A DNA stretch of 64,000 nt from an uncultured Gemmatimonadales bacterium. GTDB taxonomy: Bacteria; Gemmatimonadota; Gemmatimonadetes; Longimicrobiales; Gaopeijiaceae. The DNA lies in contig CAWGKG010000011.1 in assembly GCA_963823035.1 (NCBI GenBank), forward strand, positions 1 to 64,000, read 5' to 3'. The notes under the pieces are model-generated. The model saw nothing but the letters and a program-made list of their open reading frames with translations. It was not told where the DNA came from and did not search any database. Shown here one piece after another: positions 1 to 10,981 of the stretch. Positions within the stretch are counted from its first letter, which is position 1, and every line of letters starts with the position of its first letter. The translations under genes were made by a program, and so were the position numbers.

Positions 1-1
1 G

Positions 2-139
2 CTCGGAGCGCTCTTCGTGGTGTACAACCACAACCTCGGCGATCCGGATGCGGACTACGCCGACCGGTGGAGCGCACGCCGGCTCGGGTTCGCGTCGGAC
101 CAACTGCTCGTCAAGGCCCAGTATACGCTTCGCTACTAG
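2..139 (+). CDS. 3' end of a probable outer-membrane beta-barrel protein (DUF5916-like), partial
   Basis: Manual translation LGALFVVYNHNL...DQLLVKAQYTLRY*; resembles the C-terminus of the 8082-10805 protein (LYFVWTQ...FQIKATYWLGR). Confidence 0.55.
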   Translation, partial: LGALFVVYNHNLGDPDADYADRWSARRLGFASDQLLVKAQYTLRY

Positions 140-223
140 TTCAGAGCACCCTCTGACGTACCTTCGCCGGCACGTGGTCCACCGCTCTCCGGGTTGCGAT
201 CGGGCGGCGAGCAAGACAGCCCG

Positions 224-2703
<2,480 letters not shown>

Positions 2704-2810
2704 GGGACGCACCGGGGCAGTGAGGGACCGGCCGCCACGGCGTTGCGGGGTCTACGTGCCGTGGTGGTCATCACGTGCTTGCAGAACCTCAGCGATCAAC
2801 CGAGATTCAG

Positions 2811-2828
2811 ATACGACATTGTCTGTAT
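2811..2828. promoter_or_regulatory. Imperfect palindrome, candidate PadR operator
   Basis: ATAC-GACATTGTC-T-GTAT between divergent permease and padR; related CCGCATTGTCGG at 3000-3011 beside the padR RBS. Confidence 0.45.
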
Positions 2829-3023
2829 TGCCGCGCGGGCGCAAGGGACGGATCGTCCGTTGTCGCGCTGGCGCGGCCCTGGAGAGGCATCGCCGTGGCG
2901 CCAGTAGGCCATCGTCGGAAGAGGAGTCACCCGTCGGATTCCGCGACCGGACTCGCGGGCGTGGGTCACCTCGTCCACCTTGGTGCTCTGGTTCCTGCGC
3001 CGCATTGTCGGAGGGAGTTCGGC

Positions 3024-3332
3024 ATGAATCTCGGAGATCTTCAGCAGATGGTCATGTTGGCCGTCGCGCGCCTCGGTGGCGACGCGTACGGAGCCGCAAT
3101 CCGAGAGGAGCTCCACGGTGTTGCCGGCAGGAGAGTGGCCGTGCAGACCGTCTACGTCACACTCGTCAGACTCGAGAAACAGGGACTCGTAACATCCAAG
3201 GCACTCGCACGCGACCCGGGGGAGGGCGGTCGCGCGCGCCGGGTCTTCCGGGTCACGGCCGCGGGCTGGCGCGCCCTTGACGCAGCCCGCCAATCCATGA
3301 GGCAGATGTGGGAAGGCGTGGAGCGGCCGTGA
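3024..3332 (+). CDS. PadR family transcriptional regulator
   Basis: MNLGDLQQMVMLAV...AYGAAIREEL...VYVTLVRLEKQGLV...RRVFRVTAAG; GGAGGG RBS; GTGA overlap with next gene. Confidence 0.9.
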   Translation: MNLGDLQQMVMLAVARLGGDAYGAAIREELHGVAGRRVAVQTVYVTLVRLEKQGLVTSKALARDPGEGGRARRVFRVTAAGWRALDAARQSMRQMWEGVERP

Positions 3333-6037
3333 ACGCCGCACACCGGGAGTTGCCACGACCCTTCGGCCGGATCTTCAGATGGCTGTTTCCGACCACGTTC
3401 GGCATCGAGGTGTGCGAGGAGCTGAATGCCGATTTCCGGAGGGTGAGGGCGCACCACCGTGGCCTCATCCCTCTGTTCTGGTGTGTTGCCCAGCTGCTGC
3501 GGCCCAGTACGTGGCTTCTCGCATGGAGCCTGCGTAGCGCTCAGCGCACCCTTCGGGCGCAACAGCCGGCACGACCCGGAGGGATCGGGACCGCCGTGCC
3601 CGTCTCCTGGGTGGACGTGAGGCTCGCCTTTCGGATGCTCAGGAAGTACCCGGTGCTCACGGCGGTCAGCGTCCTGTCCATCTCCGTGGCGGTCGGCACG
3701 GCCGCCGGGTTCTTCGCATTCAGCAAGAACCTGCTCGACCCCATGTTGCCGCTGGAAGCGCCCGATCGCCTTGTGGGAATCCAGAACTGGAACGTCGTAT
3801 CGGGCCGCCCCTCGTATCGCTCCTTGCATGACTTCGGGGAATGGCGAGCGCAACTCGAGTCTGTCCACGAGCTGGGGGCCTTCGAACGCTTCCAGCCGAA
3901 TCTGGTCCTCCCGGATGGACACAGCGAGCCGGTCCTGGCGTCGAGAATCACAGCTGGAGGCCTCGGTGTGGCACACGTCGCACCGATCCTGGGTCGACCG
4001 CTCGTCCGGGCCGACGAGAGCGCCGCGCCCGAGGGCGACGTGATGGTGATCGGTTTCGATGTTTGGCAGCGCGTGTTCCGCGGAGATTCAACGGTGCTGG
4101 GGCGAGTCGTCCGGTTGGGGGCACGCCGCTACACGATCGTCGGTGTGATGCCCGAAGGCTTTCGCTTCCCGTTCAACGATGACCTCTGGGTTCCTCTGCA
4201 CGACGACCCCATGACAACCGGCCCGCTCGAGGGACCTTTCATCTTCGTGGTGGGGCGCCTTTCCGACGGGGCATCACGCCAACAAGCCCAGACCGAGGTG
4301 GGATTGCTCAGCCGCCGAATCGCGGCCCAGCATCCGAACGCGTATGCATCGCTTCGCGCACGTGTCCAGCCGTTCGCCCAGAGCATGAATGGTAGGTCCA
4401 CGGCCCGATGGGGTGCCGGGCGGGTGATCCTGCTCCTGCTGCTCATCGTGGTCTGCGCGAACGTCGGGGCCCTCATCTACGCACGAAACGCGAGTCGGGT
4501 GTCCGAGGTCACTATTCGGCAAGCTCTTGGCGCGAGTCGCACCCGCATCCTGGCTCAGCTTCTTGTCGAGTCTCTGCTGCTGGCCGTCCTCGGCGCTGCT
4601 GCGGGCCTGGTGCTTGCCCGCTGGGGAATCGCGGCAGTCGCTCGGATTGTGATGGTCGTGCAGAGCGGAGGTACGGTTACCCTTCCGTATTGGTGGCAGT
4701 GGAATCTCGCGCCGGATGTCCTGTGGTATGTGGCTGGCTTGACCCTCATCGGAGCCGTGGTGGCGGGTCTCCTACCTGCGCTGAGACTCACGCGACCGGC
4801 CGGCGACAAGCCGCTCACGATCTCACCTCGAGGGGGTGTGGCTCCTCCCGTCGGCCGCTCGGCGAAATTGATGACTGCGCTCCAGGTCGGGGTCTCCGTG
4901 GGGCTCCTCGCGGTGGCCGTGGGCCGACTGCCGAGCCTTGTCAGGATGAACCGGGTCACTCTGAATGGAGTGGTTCCGACGGAGTACCTCACCGCGGACC
5001 TTCAGCCGGCGGAGGTCCCGCCTTCCGAACGGGCTTTCCACGAGGCCATTTCGCAGGTGTGGCACGACGCCACGACCTTGAAGCGACGGCTAACTGAAGA
5101 GCCCGACGTGAGGGCGGCCACGCTCGCGAGTCGTTTCCCCGGAATGAGCCATCCGCAGCGGATGGCCGAAGCGGACGGCGGACGGCTCACAACCCCCGCT
5201 CCGGTACGCGTTGCGAGCATCCAGGGCGACTTCTTCGAGACCCTGGGGACGCCGCTGTTTGCCGGTCGGACGTTCGGGTCGGGAGATGTGGCCTCCGACA
5301 GTACTGCGCAGCCGGTGGCGATCGTCAACAGGTCCTTCATGCGGCGATTCCTGGGCGACGGGAAGGCCCTGGGACGCCGTGTCCGGTTCGTCACGCCCGG
5401 GTCAGAGCCTGGACCCTGGCTCGAAGTCGTCGGCGTCGTCGCTGATCTGGACATGAACATCTCGGATCCCGACTCGCCGGAGGGCCTCTATCTCCCGCTT
5501 GCCGCACGTACTCTTCCAGTGATGGTGGGAGTTCGGACGTATGACGACGCTCGGGCCTCCTTCCGGTCGCGTCTGCGGGCGATTGCGGCCGAAGTGGATC
5601 CCTCGCTGCGCGTGATGCGGATCCGGGCCTTGGACGAAATCGTGGAGGGCGCGCGGACGGCTGAGCGGTGGGCCTATCTCGGTATTCTCTTCAGCACGTT
5701 GGCCGCGCTCGCCCTTTCGGTGACGGGCGTCTATGCGGTCACCTCGTTCCTCGTGACTCAGAGGACGCGGGAGATCGGCATACGCGTGGCCTTGGGTGCC
5801 AGTCGTCAACAGATCGCGTTCAGCATCGTGTCGCGAGCGCTCGTGCCCGCCATGGCCGGAATGGTCCTTGGTGCTCTCAGCGCGATTGCTTTGGACGTAG
5901 TGCTGGGCCTGGGGAGCGCATGGACCACGGTGTCGGTGTCCATCGCCATCTTCGGTGCCATCCTGCTGGCCTGCTGGAGTCCGGCGCGGCGAGCGATGGC
6001 CATACCACCCTCTGAAGCCATCCAGACGGGCGTGTAG
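3329..6037 (+). CDS. ADOP-type duplicated MacB/FtsX ABC permease
   Basis: Intact ~900 aa; VCANVGALIYARNASRVSEVTIRQALGA and TQRTREIGIRVALGA FtsX motifs; coupled to padR. Confidence 0.9.
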   Translation: MNAAHRELPRPFGRIFRWLFPTTFGIEVCEELNADFRRVRAHHRGLIPLFWCVAQLLRPSTWLLAWSLRSAQRTLRAQQPARPGGIGTAVPVSWVDVRLAFRMLRKYPVLTAVSVLSISVAVGTAAGFFAFSKNLLDPMLPLEAPDRLVGIQNWNVVSGRPSYRSLHDFGEWRAQLESVHELGAFERFQPNLVLPDGHSEPVLASRITAGGLGVAHVAPILGRPLVRADESAAPEGDVMVIGFDVWQRVFRGDSTVLGRVVRLGARRYTIVGVMPEGFRFPFNDDLWVPLHDDPMTTGPLEGPFIFVVGRLSDGASRQQAQTEVGLLSRRIAAQHPNAYASLRARVQPFAQSMNGRSTARWGAGRVILLLLLIVVCANVGALIYARNASRVSEVTIRQALGASRTRILAQLLVESLLLAVLGAAAGLVLARWGIAAVARIVMVVQSGGTVTLPYWWQWNLAPDVLWYVAGLTLIGAVVAGLLPALRLTRPAGDKPLTISPRGGVAPPVGRSAKLMTALQVGVSVGLLAVAVGRLPSLVRMNRVTLNGVVPTEYLTADLQPAEVPPSERAFHEAISQVWHDATTLKRRLTEEPDVRAATLASRFPGMSHPQRMAEADGGRLTTPAPVRVASIQGDFFETLGTPLFAGRTFGSGDVASDSTAQPVAIVNRSFMRRFLGDGKALGRRVRFVTPGSEPGPWLEVVGVVADLDMNISDPDSPEGLYLPLAARTLPVMVGVRTYDDARASFRSRLRAIAAEVDPSLRVMRIRALDEIVEGARTAERWAYLGILFSTLAALALSVTGVYAVTSFLVTQRTREIGIRVALGASRQQIAFSIVSRALVPAMAGMVLGALSAIALDVVLGLGSAWTTVSVSIAIFGAILLACWSPARRAMAIPPSEAIQTGV

Positions 6038-6125
6038 GGCCGCTGCGTCAATGGACTGCGGAGTCGCTCGTCCTCCTCCTGTCCACGTCTACCGAGCCCT
6101 CCCCCAACCGAATAGGTTCTGGGAC

Positions 6126-6200
6126 GGTCGCTTAGCTCAGTCTGGTTAGAGCGCCTCCCTTACAAGGAGGAAGTCGGGGGTTCGAGTCCCTCAGCGACCA
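6126..6200 (+). tRNA. tRNA-Val(TAC)
   Basis: Cloverleaf: GGTCGCT/AGCGACC acceptor, GCTC/GAGC D stem, CCTCC-CTTACAA-GGAGG anticodon arm, GGGGG-TTCGAGT-CCCTC T arm; CCA not encoded. Confidence 0.96.
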
Positions 6201-6205
6201 TGGGC

Positions 6206-6265
6206 GGGCGCAGTTCTCTCTGCCTTACAAGCAGGGGGTCGGCGGTTCGAATCCGTCAGCGCCCA
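6206..6265 (+). pseudogene. Truncated second tRNA-Val(TAC) lacking the D arm (remnant or att-like fragment)
   Basis: TCTGC-CTTACAA-GCAGG anticodon arm, GGCGG-TTCGAAT-CCGTC T arm, 3' AGCGCCCA; only GGGCGCAGTTCTC upstream. Confidence 0.8.
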
Positions 6266-6446
6266 TTGGATCCTATAGGTGTCGCTATGTACAGGCGTGC
6301 ATCTCCGTCATTTCGCGCGAAGTCCCAACGGTGTAGGGAAGGAGGCACGCGCGCAGGACATGTCAGCACCTCTGAGTGATCGATCCTGGCCGTCCGGATC
6401 CCACCCTGACGATGCCGAGCAACCCTACGGGTACTCTCGAGGTCGA

Positions 6447-7301
6447 ATGCTCGCTGTCCTGCTGGCGCTCTCCTTCGTTCTGGTGCCGCCGCGAATCGCC
6501 TCTGGCCAGGACCCGAACCAGCACGACCGCTGGGCCGACGCCACTTGGGTGGACGACCTGAACTTTCTGGGTGCCAACGCCCTCCTGGGTGGGATCGCTG
6601 GAGGGGTCGGCCGGATCTTGCGCCACGGGTCCTTCACGGAAGGCTTCGCCCGAGGTGCCTTGGGTGGCGGTGTTGCGTATGTGGGCAAGAGGATCGCCGT
6701 GGCCCGCTTCGACGGTGCAGGGTTTGTCGGACGCGAGGTCGCTGCCATCGGAGGGTCCATCACCCGCAACGCCGCCCTGGGTGTCGCACTTCTCGACACC
6801 CTCGTCTTGCCCGTCGGCCCCTTCCGGGTATTCGTGCCACCGCGCGCACTCGGGGCCTTCCACATTCGCCTCGACCTCAACAACGCGTGGTGGTTGCTGT
6901 ACGGCATCACCGAGGATCGGCTGAAGCTGGATTGGCCGCGCACGCTCTCTGCCGGGACTCCGGTGTTTCGTGCAGCCCGCGATCTGCTCGACGGAGGCAG
7001 GTTGGTCGACGGGGAAGCGATCGGAGGGATCGTGGTGCTGGGTCCCAGTGCGGGCCGTTACGTGGAGGACGTCTTCGCCCACGAACGCGTCCATGTCCTC
7101 CAGCGCGATTTCTTTGAGACGGCGGCGGGCCTGGCTGTGGAGGATTGGGTGGGGGCGAAGCTCGGCGCCGCGCGGCTTCCCCTTTTCGATTGGGTGATGC
7201 CCGGCTTGGGGTACTTGCTCGTCCAATATCCCCTCCACGGTCCGTGGAGCACCTCCAGAAGCCTCCTCGAGGTCGAGGCATACTTTCTGGAGACCCGATG
7301 A
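6447..7301 (+). CDS. Secreted/membrane hypothetical protein with glycine-rich helices and HExxH motif
   Basis: Signal-like MLAVLLALSFVL; FAHERVHVLQ...EVEA; ATGA overlap with next gene. Confidence 0.7.
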   Translation: MLAVLLALSFVLVPPRIASGQDPNQHDRWADATWVDDLNFLGANALLGGIAGGVGRILRHGSFTEGFARGALGGGVAYVGKRIAVARFDGAGFVGREVAAIGGSITRNAALGVALLDTLVLPVGPFRVFVPPRALGAFHIRLDLNNAWWLLYGITEDRLKLDWPRTLSAGTPVFRAARDLLDGGRLVDGEAIGGIVVLGPSAGRYVEDVFAHERVHVLQRDFFETAAGLAVEDWVGAKLGAARLPLFDWVMPGLGYLLVQYPLHGPWSTSRSLLEVEAYFLETR

Positions 7302-8041
7302 GGTACAGGGTGCTTGCGACGAGCGTGACCGTGTGCCTGGGCGTCGTATCGTGCACCCTGGATTTCGCGGGACCCGACGCCGCCAGCCCTGCCGCGCTCC
7401 TGAACCTCTGGATCGACGCGAGCGCCCGCGCTGAGGGCCGGATCGTCGTGCACGCGAGCCTCGATCCAGGAACCGGGCTCGATGGCACCGGCGCCGAGGT
7501 ACCAGACCCCACACTGACAATCCTCGGGATCCCGTTCCCAGCGGACTCCGCGCACACGGACGAACGGTTGAGGCTCGTCTGGAACGATACGATCCCGATT
7601 GACGCTTCGGCACCGCCTCCGGTGGACGTGTATGTACCGGCCGTTGAGGGCCGTGACCTGCCCGCGCGGTTGACGTTGGTCCTGCGCCGGGAGGGCGAGG
7701 GCTCGACCCGAGGGTCGTGGGCGGTGGGGCAGGACCTGGTGCTACCACTACAACCCGCGAGCGACGACGAAGGCCTGGAGCGCGTCCTGTGGCATCTATT
7801 CGTGTCGGGATGGAACCGTGCCGGAACCCTCACGCCACTGCTGACCTTGGAGGCGCGCAGTCCCATCGGGGACACGATCCGCCTGTCTGCGGGCTCGTTC
7901 TCCCTTGTCGACATCGATTCGGTGACGGTGAAACTCAGGTATGACCGCACCTACGGCTCCGCCACGGCCGATAGCGCCTACATCACCCACGCATCCGTGA
8001 ACCAGGAGCTGTCGTGGGTGCTGCAGGTGTCGGGTCCTTGA
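7298..8041 (+). CDS. Hypothetical lipoprotein
   Basis: MRYRVLATSVTVCLGVVSC lipobox-like N-terminus; coupled start. Confidence 0.65.
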   Translation: MRYRVLATSVTVCLGVVSCTLDFAGPDAASPAALLNLWIDASARAEGRIVVHASLDPGTGLDGTGAEVPDPTLTILGIPFPADSAHTDERLRLVWNDTIPIDASAPPPVDVYVPAVEGRDLPARLTLVLRREGEGSTRGSWAVGQDLVLPLQPASDDEGLERVLWHLFVSGWNRAGTLTPLLTLEARSPIGDTIRLSAGSFSLVDIDSVTVKLRYDRTYGSATADSAYITHASVNQELSWVLQVSGP

Positions 8042-8081
8042 GGGACTCGGAGGAACCTCGAAGGCGGAGAGCGGAGAGCCT

Positions 8082-10805
8082 CTACCGCCCCAGCCAGTAC
8101 GTGGCCTTGATCTGGAACACGTTGGTGGGCCGATCCCCCAGGATCGCCGAACGGGCGCTGGCGAAGTCGAAGCTTCCCACCGGGTCGTAGCCGGACCGCT
8201 GCTGGGTCCACACGAAATACAACGTGGAGCCCGGGCGGTACTCCCAGCGCAGCACCGCGGTGCCGCGCAACGAGCGCGTGGTGAAGTCCGGATTGTCGAG
8301 GGTGAACGGCGCGGCCCCGCCCGCGCCGTCCGGGTCGATCAGGTACGTGTTGGCGCTCTGATCGTACGTCACCGTGCCGATATCCGTGCCGAGCTCGAGC
8401 TTCTCGATGCCGCGAGGTCGCGCGAACTCGCGGAACGAGATGTAGTCGCCGCTCGCGATGAACGGCTGTGCGTACAACTGCAGCGTCAGGTTCGGCGTGA
8501 ACGTCCAGTTGATTCGCGTGTCCAGCGACACGGTCTTGGTCCTGACGAAGCCGAAGACGTAGCGCGTGCCGTAGAAGGCCGTCGCCGTCGGATCGGCGAT
8601 GGCCGTGACGTACTGCGCGTCGCCCTCGTCACGGGCGTAGGTGGGCGAGAGTTGGATGAAGACGTTGGGTGCGGGCTTGAGGGCGATCCCCGGCTGGATG
8701 GTGAGGGAGTGGGTGGGTGCGTCGACGCCACGCGCGGCCTCCACCGAGATGTCGAAGACGGCGCGACGGCGGGCATCCGTGGAGACCTGGACATGCCCGA
8801 CGTCGTACCCGGCGCGCTTGACCACGGGGCCTCCGCGCGTGAGCCGGTCGTCGTACGACGGGACGTTGTGAATGCCGAACAGGCGCAGGTTCCAGTAGTT
8901 GAGGAACTCCATGCCGTAGTAGGCCTGTAGCTGGGTATAGGTGCGATCTCCGTCGTAGTTGTACTGTGTGGCGCCCCCGATGCTGGTGAAGATGTTCCGG
9001 TACCAGCCCGTCGGTGTTGTCCAATTCCCGCCGATGTTGCCGTTGAACCACTGGTAGTCCGCTCGGCTGAGATAGGCGAGGTCGTTGACCTCGAATCCCG
9101 GGCTGCGGACGTTCGCCATCGCCTCCCACAACAGCGTCCCGCCGTCCTTGCCGACACGGGTGAAGAGGCCGTAGCCGCGCAGTGAGGTGGCGGCCGGGTC
9201 GTATCGGACGCTGAAGAGGCCGTCCCCTGTCACCTGGCGGTCTGGGCGCGTGAAGTAGTGCGCGCTCGACCGCTCGGTGTTCGCCACGGCCGCCGCCGAG
9301 CCCGCGACGTTGGAGATCAGCACGCTGCCCATCCACGAGTAGTCGCGGCGATGCCAGTAGTGCCGCCAGTCCACACCCACCGCTTCCGCGTGGCTGTGCA
9401 GCCGGTCGCTCACGACGCCGTCGGTCATCCTCCGCTTCGTCGACGTCAGGATGCCGCCGACCCACGTCGAGCCCTCGTTGAAGTCCTTCTTGACGCGGCC
9501 CACGAAGTAGTTGGTGAGGGGCTCGACGACCTGGGTGGCTTCCTGCGCCCCCACGGTGGGCAGGTAGTGGGCGGTCTCCTGGCTGGTCAGGGCATCGAGG
9601 ACGCCGATGGTGTACCCGCCCTGGGCGCGCCCGGTGATCTTCGCGGCCCCGAGGATCGTGGTGTTGTCGGGGGTGTCCGCGTACTCCGCATGGTCCTGGA
9701 CGACACCGTCGAGCTGCGGGGGCCGGCCGATGCGCCGCGAGTAGAAGGCCGAGAGGCCGGACGAGTTGCTGCAGAACATGCAGCGCATGCCGCCGAAGCC
9801 GAAGGCACTGGAGCCGGCGATGAAGAACGGTCGCTTCTCGTCGTAGTATGTCTCGTACGCGCTGAGGTTGAGCGAGGCCGGATCGACTTCGACCTGGCCG
9901 AAGTCGGGATTGAGGGTGGCGTCCAGCGTCAGGTTCGAGGTCAGCAGGTACTTGATGTCGGCACCCGCGCTGAACCGCATCTCCCGAGCGTCATGGTAGG
10001 GATCGCCGCTGGCGGCGCGCTTGAACGTGCCTCCCGCCACGGCATAGGGCAGCAGCTCGAACTGGCGCGGACGGTGGGTCACGTCCAGTCCCGCGACCTC
10101 CCCGTAGAACGCGGGTCCACCCGACGCATTCTGCCGCCAGAACGACCACATGTCACGCTCGTTCACCCGATCGACATACCGCCAGATCTGCAGGCCCCAC
10201 ACCTGAGCCGCGTCGCGAGAGAAGCGTAGCTGGCTATAGGGGATGCGCATCTCGGCGGTCCAGCCCAGGGAATCCACGCGTGCCGCCGCTTCCCAGATGG
10301 GGTCCCAGGAGGCATCGCCGTTGAACTGGTCTCCCTTCACGCCCGCCGGATTGACCTCGAACCAGGCGTTGTCGATGTGGTTGTGATAGGGATCGAGCTC
10401 GACGATGAGCTTGTCCGTGGTCAGGGAGTTGAACGAGCCGTTGTTCCCGTTGGCATCCAGCAGCTGATCGCGACGGGCGAGGGGCGCAGCCACGCCTCCC
10501 GGTTGACGCATGCGGGCGCCGACATAGAGGGCCGTGGCGTCGTAGAGCAGACGGACCTCCATGGGGAGGGAGGCTGGCTCGCCTTCATCCGGCTGGTACT
10601 GCCGGAAGCGCGTGACGGGCGTCGCCAGCCGCCAGGCCGCCTCGTCCAGCCTACCGTCGATGGAGATCGAGCCGTCGAGGCGCGTCGCGTTCGCGACGGG
10701 CGGCGGCGAGTCTCCCCTGGAGATGGTGTGGGTCTGTGCCCACAACGGGGCTGGAAGGGCGAAAAGGACGACGAGGAGGCTCGTGCGCGGGTGCCGAATA
10801 TTCAT
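8082..10805 (-). CDS. DUF5916 / carbohydrate-binding family 9-like exported protein
   Basis: Signal peptide; IDGRLDEAAW, WTAEMRIPYSQLRF, LNPDFGQVEVD, EKRPFF, FYSRRIG, LRWEYRPGSTLYFVW motifs. Confidence 0.85.
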   Translation of the reverse strand: MNIRHPRTSLLVVLFALPAPLWAQTHTISRGDSPPPVANATRLDGSISIDGRLDEAAWRLATPVTRFRQYQPDEGEPASLPMEVRLLYDATALYVGARMRQPGGVAAPLARRDQLLDANGNNGSFNSLTTDKLIVELDPYHNHIDNAWFEVNPAGVKGDQFNGDASWDPIWEAAARVDSLGWTAEMRIPYSQLRFSRDAAQVWGLQIWRYVDRVNERDMWSFWRQNASGGPAFYGEVAGLDVTHRPRQFELLPYAVAGGTFKRAASGDPYHDAREMRFSAGADIKYLLTSNLTLDATLNPDFGQVEVDPASLNLSAYETYYDEKRPFFIAGSSAFGFGGMRCMFCSNSSGLSAFYSRRIGRPPQLDGVVQDHAEYADTPDNTTILGAAKITGRAQGGYTIGVLDALTSQETAHYLPTVGAQEATQVVEPLTNYFVGRVKKDFNEGSTWVGGILTSTKRRMTDGVVSDRLHSHAEAVGVDWRHYWHRRDYSWMGSVLISNVAGSAAAVANTERSSAHYFTRPDRQVTGDGLFSVRYDPAATSLRGYGLFTRVGKDGGTLLWEAMANVRSPGFEVNDLAYLSRADYQWFNGNIGGNWTTPTGWYRNIFTSIGGATQYNYDGDRTYTQLQAYYGMEFLNYWNLRLFGIHNVPSYDDRLTRGGPVVKRAGYDVGHVQVSTDARRRAVFDISVEAARGVDAPTHSLTIQPGIALKPAPNVFIQLSPTYARDEGDAQYVTAIADPTATAFYGTRYVFGFVRTKTVSLDTRINWTFTPNLTLQLYAQPFIASGDYISFREFARPRGIEKLELGTDIGTVTYDQSANTYLIDPDGAGGAAPFTLDNPDFTTRSLRGTAVLRWEYRPGSTLYFVWTQQRSGYDPVGSFDFASARSAILGDRPTNVFQIKATYWLGR

Positions 10806-10852
10806 CAACCGATTCCAAGGCGGAACGGGAACGGTACGGGTTGCTTGTTGGG

Positions 10853-10892
10853 TAGACAGTGTGGGGACGGGTAGGGTTGTCAGGTGACAACC
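10853..10892 (-). promoter_or_regulatory. Candidate ECF-type promoter overlapped by a perfect inverted repeat
   Basis: Minus strand CAAC-N17-TGTCTA (10879-10853); palindrome GGTTGTCA-GG-TGACAACC at 10875-10892. Confidence 0.5.
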
Positions 10893-10981
10893 ACACACTG
10901 AAGGAGCCAGGTGGCCTGGATCCCCTCGGGCCCGCGTGATCGAGGGGGTTCACGCGGGCCCCGACTGGATCTGCGGCTGCC

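Noticed and set aside
6100..6300. Active prophage or ICE at tRNA-Val
   Set aside because: No integrase, phage or conjugation genes were seen in the window.
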